From an archaeon (GTDB lineage Archaea; Nanobdellota; Nanobdellia; Pacearchaeales; GW2011-AR1), in assembly GCA_030636025.1 (NCBI GenBank), contig DAOVXQ010000003.1, positions 32,481-96,480 on the forward strand: 64,000 nucleotides of DNA, written 5' to 3'. The notes below the pieces were generated by a model. The model did no database searches. It saw nothing but the letters and a program-made list of their open reading frames with translations, and was not told where the DNA came from. A program made the translations under genes and the position numbers. Positions 9,796-16,706 of this stretch are shown piece by piece (the first letter of the stretch is position 1; every line of letters starts with the position of its first letter).

Positions 9796-9871
9796 AGCGG
9801 GGTGGAGCAGTCTGGAGTGCTCACCGGGCCCATAACCCGGAGGTCGCGTGGTTCAAATCCCGCCCCCGCTA
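9796..9871 (+). tRNA. tRNA-Met (CAT), initiator-like
   Basis: Cloverleaf by eye: acceptor AGCGGGG/CCCCGCT, D stem GAGC/GCTC, anticodon stem CCGGG/CCCGG, loop CCCATAA. A1:U72 and GGG:CCC next to the loop are archaeal initiator hallmarks. The T arm GCG(T)GG-TTCAAAT-CCCGC has one extra nucleotide. Confidence 0.8.
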
Positions 9872-9934
9872 TAATTTTTAGGGCAGGATTTTCTAAACAC
9901 ATAATTATTTAAGGAATAAAATATTAAGTAAAAT

Positions 9935-10171
9935 ATGGAAAAACAAATAATGGATTTCAATGTATTTATAGAACAAGATGAAGATGGGATTTATGTAGCA
10001 AAAGTTCCAGAAATTGAAGGATGCTATACTCAAGGGAAAAATTTAGAAGAAGTAATTGAAAGAATTAAAGAAGCAATTGAGGTATGTTTAGAAGCAGATA
10101 AAGAAGAGATAAATCCAATGAGATTTGTAGGAATACAAAAAGTTCGTGTTGAAAGACCTCAGTTAGTTTAA
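9935..10171 (+). CDS. hicB: HicB-family antitoxin
   Basis: FNVFIEQDEDGIYVAKVPEIEGCYTQGKNLEEVIERIKEAIEVCLE is a typical HicB/UPF0150 N-terminal fold sequence. Confidence 0.8.
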   Translation: MEKQIMDFNVFIEQDEDGIYVAKVPEIEGCYTQGKNLEEVIERIKEAIEVCLEADKEEINPMRFVGIQKVRVERPQLV

Positions 10172-10172
10172 A

Positions 10173-10505
10173 ATGACAAAACTGATTACTATTTCTGGAA
10201 AGAAATTTTGCAAGATACTTGAAAAATTAGAGTTTGAAAAAATTCATGGAAAAGGAAGCCATATAAGATTCAAGCATCCTGATGGAAGAAGAACAGTTGT
10301 CCCTGTTCATGGAAATGAAGATTTAGGAAAAGGATTATTAAGAACAATTTTAAACCAAATTGATTTAACTAAAGAAGAGTATGAGAATCTGAGGAAAGAG
10401 GCTTCGTTGAATTTTTTGATTGGGCAGGTGATGCGGTTGTCGGAGAGACGTGCTGGTCCTGATGAAGTTCGAGTGTGTTTGAAGAGGTTGATAGGTGAGG
10501 GTTGA
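10173..10505 (+). CDS. hicA: HicA-family toxin with a ~40-aa GatB/YqeY-like C-terminal extension
   Basis: ISGKKFCKILEKLEFEKIHGKGSHIRFKHPDGRRTVVPVHGNEDLGKGLLRTIL is HicA. The tail SLNFLIGQVMRLSERRAGPDEVRVCLKRL resembles the C-terminal helix of GatB/YqeY domains and is visibly more GC-rich. Confidence 0.75.
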   Translation: MTKLITISGKKFCKILEKLEFEKIHGKGSHIRFKHPDGRRTVVPVHGNEDLGKGLLRTILNQIDLTKEEYENLRKEASLNFLIGQVMRLSERRAGPDEVRVCLKRLIGEG

Positions 10506-10518
10506 GAGATATAATTTA

Positions 10519-11280
10519 TTAATTCAATTTCTTTCTAATTATGTTAAGAACTGCCTCAATATCCTCAATGTCTGAGGGGTTGTTCAATGGGAATTCGAAC
10601 TTGGCATTTTCTCCGAAAATATTAACTATATACTTATTTTCTTTAAGCGATATCTTTTCTTTCTCTCTTATTTCTTCTGTGGAATTTTCTTCAGGACTCC
10701 CCCTTTCTTTTTCTTCTTGGGACTCTATTAATTTGAAATAATTTCCTTCTTTAGTTATTAGGTTGCAAAATGAAAGAAGTAAAATTGTAAATCTTACGCC
10801 TCTTTGATAATATCCTGGAGTCTTTCCGGGGGATTTGCTTTTGTAATAATTTTCAAGATCTAGGAGAGTAGGGGCGGGATTGTTTTTTATTAACTCTTCT
10901 TTTATCCCCTGATAGAGGTCGTGGTTTTTTATAACCTCTCTAAATCTCTGTTTTGCACTCTCTTCTCTTCCTGCCTTAAAATCGTAAAATAAATCAAACA
11001 TTTCCGTATTATCTACTTGATGCCATTTTTGAGTCTTTTTTTGTTCCCCATTAGAGTCCTCAAGCCCCCTAGTTTCTAAAATAAATCCCAAATATTTAAG
11101 ATAAGATAATATTCTCGACAAATTCCCTTCGCCAATAGGGGAGCCTGTTTTGATAAGATTCTCTTCGGTGAATGTTTTGCCAGTTGTAGAAATAACTTTA
11201 AGTATCTCGAATAGGTTTTTCACATTTATTACATCTCCGCTAGGGAGTTTTATATTGTATTTTTTTATCTTTTCTGCCAT
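10519..11280 (-). CDS. Hypothetical protein
   Basis: 253-aa ORF with typical local codon composition and no recognised motif. Confidence 0.5.
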   Translation of the reverse strand: MAEKIKKYNIKLPSGDVINVKNLFEILKVISTTGKTFTEENLIKTGSPIGEGNLSRILSYLKYLGFILETRGLEDSNGEQKKTQKWHQVDNTEMFDLFYDFKAGREESAKQRFREVIKNHDLYQGIKEELIKNNPAPTLLDLENYYKSKSPGKTPGYYQRGVRFTILLLSFCNLITKEGNYFKLIESQEEKERGSPEENSTEEIREKEKISLKENKYIVNIFGENAKFEFPLNNPSDIEDIEAVLNIIRKKLN

Positions 11281-11499
11281 GTTAATCTTATGGATTCGTT
11301 GTTTATAAATCTTTCTATTGTGATATGATTAGAATATATATATTCATATTGATTCATTACTCTATCTTTTTACTTTCTAATATGACAATATCTCTGATTA
11401 TATTCATAATGTCCCATAATTTGTCTTTCTTTGTGTTATAATTTGTCTACTTTGATTAAAACTATACAAAAGTATATAAAGAGAGTTTTTCTTTAATAT

Positions 11500-11615
11500 T
11501 AAAGCTAAAGCTCAATCTTGTAGCAATCGCTTGGTTCCAGACCAAGAAAGAAGTTACGGGGTGACTACAGCTAGACTGACTTCCAACCTCAGTCTGGCTG
11601 TGGGGACTTGATAAT
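11500..11615 (+). ncRNA. Candidate small structured RNA (unclassified)
   Basis: TATA-like AGTATATAAAG at ~11471-11481. Hairpins CTTGG-TTCCAGA-CCAAG and CAGCTAGACTGA-CTTCCAACC-TCAGTCTGGCTG (12 bp; one G-U that is a C-A mismatch on the other strand). A T-rich tract follows. Confidence 0.25.
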
Positions 11616-11740
11616 TTATTTATTATCTTTATATATATTAATTTCAATCACTATAAAAACTTTTGTTAGCAGGGGATATAGTTACACGAGCGTAGCGATA
11701 TCCTTACAAGTTACATAAGATACTTACACAAGATATTGAT

Positions 11741-11815
11741 GGGGCGGATGAGAGGGGAACGGTGGACGGGTGATGGACGGGAAGGCAGGGGACGGGGAGC
11801 AGAGGGCATTTAGGG
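11741..11815 (+). repeat. G-rich, C-poor tract with GGACGGG x3 and many G3-G4 runs
   Basis: GATGGGGCGGATGAGAGGGGAACGGTGGACGGGTGATGGACGGGAAGGCAGGGGACGGGGAGCAGAGGGC, which stands out in ~30% GC surroundings. Confidence 0.6.
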
Positions 11816-11882
11816 AATCTTCGATTCCGGATACACGGCGTCGCTTGGGTTAAGTTTAAATAAAAAGTTTCTAATTAGTTTT

Positions 11883-12221
11883 ATGGTTAAAAAGAAGAGT
11901 GATAAAAAAATTGATAAGGAAGTCCAGAAGAAGTTGAGGCATATTCTTTATGAGCGGGCGAAGAGGCATAGTGGGAATTTTCAGAGAGAGTTTAAGAAGC
12001 ATGTTATTGTGGCGATTACTGCTGCGCTTGGGTTTTTGATTGCGTTGAGTTGGAGGGAGCCGATTTCGGAATTTGTGGGGATTATTATTGAGCGTTTGGG
12101 TGTCGGGGACCAGATGATTTATTATAAATTTTTATCTGCGATTATTATTACAGTTATTGCGGTTTTGGCTTTGATTATTGTTTCTAAGTGGGCGATTGAG
12201 AAAGATTCTATTGGAAGTTGA
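11883..12221 (+). CDS. Small two-TM membrane protein, compositionally atypical
   Basis: 112 aa with a basic N-terminus and two hydrophobic helices. Third codon positions are rich in G/T (GCG, TTG, GTG, GGG), unlike neighbouring genes. TTTAAATA lies ~22 nt upstream of the ATG. Confidence 0.5.
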   Translation: MVKKKSDKKIDKEVQKKLRHILYERAKRHSGNFQREFKKHVIVAITAALGFLIALSWREPISEFVGIIIERLGVGDQMIYYKFLSAIIITVIAVLALIIVSKWAIEKDSIGS

Positions 12222-12372
12222 TTTGTGTGTTAAAATGTATATATTCACTTACGACATATGTCACCTACTTGCACACCTTTAAAGTCTTTCGATAGCTTTT
12301 TAAATAGGATCTTTTTCAATCACTATTTAATTGTTTAGTAAGGCTTTAAAGTAATAATTTCCTGAATTTTTT

Positions 12373-13500
12373 ATGCCTCAGAAAAGAATTATACTAAAAC
12401 CAGAAGATAAGGTAGATGAGCCTCCTCCTAATTTAAATAAAGATTGGCATTTCAGAAGAGTTGGAATTCTGAATCCTGCTGTTATTCAAAGAGATAATGA
12501 AATAGATTTGTTATCAAGATTAATTTATAAAGACCAAAGGGGATTAAATTCTTGCATTGTGAGGAATCAAGGAGTCTTAGTAGGAAAACATGTTAGGATT
12601 AAAAGAGATAAAAGAGGGTATCCTCTTGAAGAGTTGGTTTTCCAACCAGAAGGCCCTCATGGAAAAAGAGGTATTGAAGATCCAAGATTAATTAAGTTAA
12701 AATTTGAGGATCCTATTCATGCATTTCTTGTCCATCATAATGGTCATGAATATGGGGATGCCAGAACAGAATATTTAAGAACAAAAGAAGAGAATCCTAC
12801 AGAACTTTCATTATGGGAGAGATTTGGAATTTATTTCCCGAATATTGGATTAGAAGAAGCTATTGAAACAGTTTCTAGTAAAATTCATAAACAAAGATGG
12901 GAAACAGAAGATATTGAAAGATTAGGGAAAAAATCCGAAAATTACCCGCCCTCAAGTCCTTTCTTGAAAACAAAAGATTGTTGTTTATCGCCAAAGAAAA
13001 TAATTAAAGATGACCGGGAATATTATGGGGTTATTGTAAGATTATTGCCAGATATGCAAATTTTATATGTCAAGGATTTTAAAGAACTTGCAAAATATGA
13101 ATTTTGGCAGGGTGTTGTGAAAAATATAGAAGAGCATACTTTGTTGAAAATTGAAAACTGCTGGGAAAATAGCCATATTGGCTTGGCAGGCCCTCCTTTT
13201 GAAATAGATGATGGGGTTTTAATTCCTTATCACGGAGCAGTTATGAAACCCAGAGATTATAAATTTGGATTAGCATTAGCAGACCCTAATGACCCGCAAA
13301 AAATTTTAGCAAGAACAAAAGAACCAGTTTTAGTTACAACAGAACCTTGGGAAACAAATGGAGTTGTCTCAGGAAAAGTCGTATTCCCAACAGGGCATGC
13401 AATTAAAGATGGAATTATACATTGGTTTTATGGTGCTGGAGATAGATATGTTGCGCATACTACAACAACTGAAGAAGAAATATTAGATAATTTGTCTTGA
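12373..13500 (+). CDS. GH130 / DUF377-like glycosidase or glycoside phosphorylase
   Basis: 375 aa. LNPAVI, GIEDPRLIKL and YGAGDRYV are reminiscent of the 5-bladed-propeller GH130 family. Confidence 0.6.
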   Translation: MPQKRIILKPEDKVDEPPPNLNKDWHFRRVGILNPAVIQRDNEIDLLSRLIYKDQRGLNSCIVRNQGVLVGKHVRIKRDKRGYPLEELVFQPEGPHGKRGIEDPRLIKLKFEDPIHAFLVHHNGHEYGDARTEYLRTKEENPTELSLWERFGIYFPNIGLEEAIETVSSKIHKQRWETEDIERLGKKSENYPPSSPFLKTKDCCLSPKKIIKDDREYYGVIVRLLPDMQILYVKDFKELAKYEFWQGVVKNIEEHTLLKIENCWENSHIGLAGPPFEIDDGVLIPYHGAVMKPRDYKFGLALADPNDPQKILARTKEPVLVTTEPWETNGVVSGKVVFPTGHAIKDGIIHWFYGAGDRYVAHTTTTEEEILDNLS

Positions 13501-13597
13501 AAAAAATTAGAAACACAAAGCTTTAAATCTTCAAAAATACATATATTTAGAACTCACAATCATATAAAATAATTAAATTAAATATATGGAGGATAAA

Positions 13598-13783
13598 ATG
13601 AAAGGAAAAGTAAAGTTTTTCAATAGAACTAAGGGATTTGGATTTATAGCTGGAGAAGACAACAAAGAATATTTTGTTCATGAATCTGGAATAAAAGAAG
13701 GACCTATAGACGAAAACGACGAAGTTGAATTTGATGTTGAAGAAGGCGATAAGGGACCAAAAGCAGTTAATGTTAAAAAATAA
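13598..13783 (+). CDS. Cold-shock domain protein
   Basis: MKGKVKFFNRTKGFGFIAGEDNKEYFVHESGI contains the RNP1 (KGFGFI) and RNP2-like (FVH) motifs. Confidence 0.85.
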   Translation: MKGKVKFFNRTKGFGFIAGEDNKEYFVHESGIKEGPIDENDEVEFDVEEGDKGPKAVNVKK

Positions 13784-13851
13784 TATTAATTCTTAATTTT
13801 GTTAGTCAAAATATCAAGATTTTTAATTAATATAATTTATTAGGAGGAAAA

Positions 13852-13941
13852 ATGCCAAGAAATAGAGTAACAAGAAAAGTTAAAGCAAGAAGCAAACAAG
13901 CTAAACGTAGAAAGTCTCGTCAGAAAAAATTAAGGAAATAA
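13852..13941 (+). CDS. 29-aa highly basic peptide (ribosomal-protein-like?)
   Basis: TAGGAGGAAAA precedes an ATG. Product is MPRNRVTRKVKARSKQAKRRKSRQKKLRK. It is below the track length cut-off. Confidence 0.35.
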   Translation: MPRNRVTRKVKARSKQAKRRKSRQKKLRK

Positions 13942-13984
13942 GATTTTCTATCTCATTCAAAATCCATAAAAGATTTTGAAGATA

Positions 13985-14074
13985 ATGGTATTGTCGAGCA
14001 AAAGCAATTTCTTATTTATTTGTTTATTTATTTATTTACTAAAATTGCTTTTGGGAGCAGGATTGCTAATCCCG
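13985..14074 (+). pseudogene. tRNA-Ser fragment (a): D-arm remainder plus hairpin plus anticodon-arm-like sequence
   Basis: ATGGTATTGtCGAGCAAAAGCAATT-[33-nt AT loop]-AATTGCTTTTGGGAGCAGGATTGCTAATCCCG is homologous to fragment (b). It lacks an acceptor 5' strand. Confidence 0.6.
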
Positions 14075-14189
14075 CACTATAAAAATGGCACTATACTAAA
14101 AAATAGGGAAACTCAGATAATTATTTAAACTATAAAATACTTTATTCTATATGATTAAAATTAAATTAAAAGGAGGTTAAAAAATAAAT

Positions 14190-15464
14190 ATGAAAAAATC
14201 AATAAAGGTATTAAGTTTAATTTTGGGAGTAATTTTAATCAGTATGGGATTAGTTGTTGCTTATAATCAAGAGCCTAGTCAAGATATAGAAAATAACAGA
14301 TTTTTAGTAAAGTCAAATAATGGAGTACTGAAAGCTATGTTCAATGTTCACCATAATTTTGATAAAGGATTTACAACTGACTTATCTCTAGGACAATTAA
14401 AAGTTTTAGAAAGACTTGGTATCGAAGTAGAACAAGTTGAAATATATTCTATAACAGCAAGACCAATTTGTGGTGATGGAAGATGTCATCCAGTTAAAGA
14501 AGATGCTATAACATGCCCAGAAGATTGTTCAACTCAACCACCAGTAGAACCGTTTTGTGGAGATGGAATTTGTAATGGCGACGAAACAACAGAAACCTGT
14601 TCAGAAGATTGCTCAGCAGAACCAGAACCAACAGAATGTTTCCCAGATAATCAAATCCCTTGGGGAATAAACAAAGTAAATGGAGGCGTTGGCGGAAATG
14701 GAATTGTAGTGGCTGTATTAGATACAGGAGTTGATCAAGATCATCCAGATTTAGTAGGAAATATAATTGATTGTGTAGCATTCAGATATAGAACTTGTGA
14801 AGATGGAAATGGGCATGGAACTCATGTTGCAGGAACAATCTTAGCTAATGGAAATATAATTGGTGTAGCACCTCAAGCAAAATTAATGGCAATAAAAATC
14901 TTAAAAGATAATGGAAGAGGATATACAGATGATATTGCAGCAGGAATTTATTATGCAACAGATCATGGAGCAAATATAATTTCAATGAGTCTTGGTGGTT
15001 CAGAAAGTAGTCTAATAAATGAAGCAGTTGATTATGCAGTTAGTAATAATGTTTTAGTTATTGCCTCTGCAGGTAATAGCGGACCCTCTGAAGGTAGCAT
15101 ACTTTATCCAGCAGCAAATCCTGAAGTAGTTGCAGTGGCAGCATTTTGGGAATCAGATAATATGGCAGATTTCTCATCAAGAGGAATAAATGATGGAGAT
15201 TGGGTTGTAGAAGAGAGAGAAATTGAATTTACAGCCCCCGGTGTATATGTTGAATCAACATATAAAGATGGATGTTATGCAGTTTATTCAGGAACATCAA
15301 TGGCTGCACCACATATAACAGGCATTGCAGCAAGAGACTGGCAAGAAAGTGCTTCATTAACAAGAACTCATCTACAAAGTTTAGCAGAATCTTATACACT
15401 TAATGTTTATGACTATGGACAAAGTGGAGACGATATAGAAGCTGGACTTGGACTGCCAATTTAA
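14190..15464 (+). CDS. Secreted subtilisin-like serine protease (S8) with Cys-rich N-terminal repeats
   Basis: Signal/TM at the N-terminus. Catalytic triad motifs are DTGVDQDHPDL, HGTHVAGT and GTSMAAPH. There are two CGDGxC...C(P/S)EDC modules. Confidence 0.9.
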   Translation: MKKSIKVLSLILGVILISMGLVVAYNQEPSQDIENNRFLVKSNNGVLKAMFNVHHNFDKGFTTDLSLGQLKVLERLGIEVEQVEIYSITARPICGDGRCHPVKEDAITCPEDCSTQPPVEPFCGDGICNGDETTETCSEDCSAEPEPTECFPDNQIPWGINKVNGGVGGNGIVVAVLDTGVDQDHPDLVGNIIDCVAFRYRTCEDGNGHGTHVAGTILANGNIIGVAPQAKLMAIKILKDNGRGYTDDIAAGIYYATDHGANIISMSLGGSESSLINEAVDYAVSNNVLVIASAGNSGPSEGSILYPAANPEVVAVAAFWESDNMADFSSRGINDGDWVVEEREIEFTAPGVYVESTYKDGCYAVYSGTSMAAPHITGIAARDWQESASLTRTHLQSLAESYTLNVYDYGQSGDDIEAGLGLPI

Positions 15465-15510
15465 TCCAATTTTTTCTTTATTTTTCTCTTTTTTTATCAC
15501 AACACAAACC

Positions 15511-15517
15511 TTTAAAT
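15511..15517 (+). promoter_or_regulatory. TATA-like box upstream of tRNA-Ser fragment (b)
   Basis: TTTAAAT lies within ACACAAACCTTTAAATTCT, centred ~28 nt upstream of GCCGACA. The same 19-mer recurs at 16224-16242. Confidence 0.5.
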
Positions 15518-15541
15518 TCTCAATCTTTCTTTTATTTTTAA

Positions 15542-15682
15542 GCCGACATCGCATACCCCTCTGGGCATACCCAAAGGGCACAAGCAAGAGCCTCTGAGGA
15601 GGTAATGGTATTGCCGAGCAAAAGCAATTTTAGTATATAGATAAAAATAAGGAATTGCTTTTGGGAGCAGGATTGCTAATCC
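15542..15682 (+). pseudogene. tRNA-Ser fragment (b): 5' half with two insertions, ending after the anticodon loop
   Basis: GCCGACATCGCATA + 49-nt insertion (15556-15604) + ATGGTATTGC + hairpin CAAAAGCAATT/AATTGCTTTTG + CAGGA-TTGCTAA-TCCAG. No T arm or 3' acceptor follows. Confidence 0.65.
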
Positions 15683-15745
15683 AGTCAAACAAAATAGGGC
15701 AGTTAGTAAATAAATTCTTATAAATGATAATTATTTAGAAAATTC

Positions 15746-16216
15746 ATGTCGCATAGAAAAATCAATTCAATCATTGAAGGTTGTATGCCAGATACCCCAA
15801 GACAATTGATGTATACTGGAATTGAATTAGATATCCCTAAAAATGCAAATGTCTTATTTTGGAGTCATGAGGTTCATCCCTTGAGATATTTATTGTATGG
15901 AAAAACTAAAAATTTTACAGATCTTGAAATAATTAATAATCCTTTTTTTCAATTTAAATTAGGATTAGATGTTAATAAGTTAATTAAGGGAGGGTTACCT
16001 TTAAGAGATTATGACCCTAAGTTTAGACAGACATTTGATACTCAAAGATCAATTACAACAAGAGATGGAAGAATTTATATTAAAGCACTACATTTCCAAG
16101 ACCGTTGGAGACGTTATCTTGATGCAGTTCAAACAATACTTAAAGAGAGTGGGGAGATTTTTAGAGGAGAGAAAACTGAAAACGATTTTTATAAGAACCC
16201 TAGTGGGGCGTGGTAA
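15746..16216 (+). CDS. Hypothetical protein (cassette ORF)
   Basis: 156-aa ORF lying between tRNA-Ser fragments (b) and (c). Confidence 0.45.
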   Translation: MSHRKINSIIEGCMPDTPRQLMYTGIELDIPKNANVLFWSHEVHPLRYLLYGKTKNFTDLEIINNPFFQFKLGLDVNKLIKGGLPLRDYDPKFRQTFDTQRSITTRDGRIYIKALHFQDRWRRYLDAVQTILKESGEIFRGEKTENDFYKNPSGAW

Positions 16217-16233
16217 TATATTAAACACAAACC

Positions 16234-16240
16234 TTTAAAT
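16234..16240 (+). promoter_or_regulatory. TATA-like box upstream of tRNA-Ser fragment (c)
   Basis: Same ACACAAACCTTTAAATTCT block as at 15501-15520, ~30 nt upstream of GCCGACA at 16267. Confidence 0.5.
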
Positions 16241-16266
16241 TCTTAAAATATTGTATATTTTCATAA

Positions 16267-16339
16267 GCCGACATCGCATACCCCTCTGGGCATACCCAAA
16301 GGGCACAAGCAAGAACCTCTAAGGAGGTAATGGTATTGC
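16267..16339 (+). pseudogene. tRNA-Ser fragment (c): acceptor 5' strand plus 49-nt insertion plus D-arm remainder
   Basis: Identical to (b) over GCCGACATCGCATA[49 nt]ATGGTATTGC except for two G-to-A differences in the insertion. It diverges after the D arm. Confidence 0.65.
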
Positions 16340-16395
16340 GGAAATATTCCATAACAATGGATTTTTAAGGCATATCTGCTTTGCAGATATGAAAA

Positions 16396-16476
16396 GCCGA
16401 CATCGCATAATGGTATTGCACTAGATTGCTAATCTAGACCCTTCGGGGTTCCCAGGTTCGATTCCTGGTGTCGGCG
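16396..16476 (+). tRNA. tRNA-Ser (GCT)
   Basis: Acceptor GCCGACA/TGTCGGC, discriminator G, anticodon arm CTAGA-TTGCTAA-TCTAG, long variable arm ACCCTTCGGGGTTC, T arm CCAGG-TTCGATT-CCTGG. Total 81 nt. Confidence 0.9.
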
Positions 16477-16507
16477 TAATATGGCTGAAAGCCATACACC
16501 AAGAATT

Positions 16508-16565
16508 TAATCCTGTGTAGGGGTGCTGCAGGGGATGTGCCCCTGCTTCGTTCCTGGTGTCGGCG
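16508..16565 (+). pseudogene. tRNA-Ser fragment (e): 3' portion from the anticodon loop to the acceptor end
   Basis: TAATCCTGTGTAGGGGTGCTGCAGGGGATGTGCCCCTGCTTCGTTCCTGGTGTCGGCG. The last 19 nt match the intact tRNA 3' end apart from a 1-nt deletion. The trailer hairpin is paralogous to the trailer of the intact gene. Confidence 0.6.
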
Positions 16566-16706
16566 TTAAAGGGGCTGTAAGCCCCTCAATTCTCCAAGAA
16601 TTCCAACCAGTGTCTGGTTTGATTCACTCCAGACAAAATCATACGTAATAATTTCATAGTAGTTACAAATGATAAAATTTAAATATGTTGTTTTTCTATA
16701 AAAATT

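Noticed and set aside
9744-9902. N-terminal 53-codon extension of the RNase HII ORF.
   Set aside because: It overlaps the tRNA-iMet gene on the opposite strand, and the conserved RNase HII N-terminus (MKVLGIDEAGRG) starts at the internal ATG.
11462-11647. 61-aa minus-strand ORF in the long noncoding gap.
   Set aside because: Its translation is unconvincing, and it coincides with strong hairpins better explained as RNA or DNA structure.
11740-11815. 25-codon G/R-rich ORF (MGRMRGERWTGDGREGRGRGAEGI) inside the G-tract.
   Set aside because: It is short, lacks a ribosome-binding site, and its composition is a by-product of the G-rich DNA.
11500-11880. Replication-origin (ORB/DUE-like) interpretation of the dyads, GGGG strings and AT-rich core.
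   Set aside because: There is no adjacent orc1/cdc6 gene, and the dyads do not match remembered ORB consensus closely. It is kept only as a low-probability alternative within the finding.
15542-16565. Confident call of a functional split or multi-intron tRNA-Ser from fragments (b) and (e).
   Set aside because: I could not draw canonical bulge-helix-bulge motifs at the putative insertion boundaries. The 3' fragment also lacks a clean T-stem 5' strand. Integration scars explain the data at least as well.
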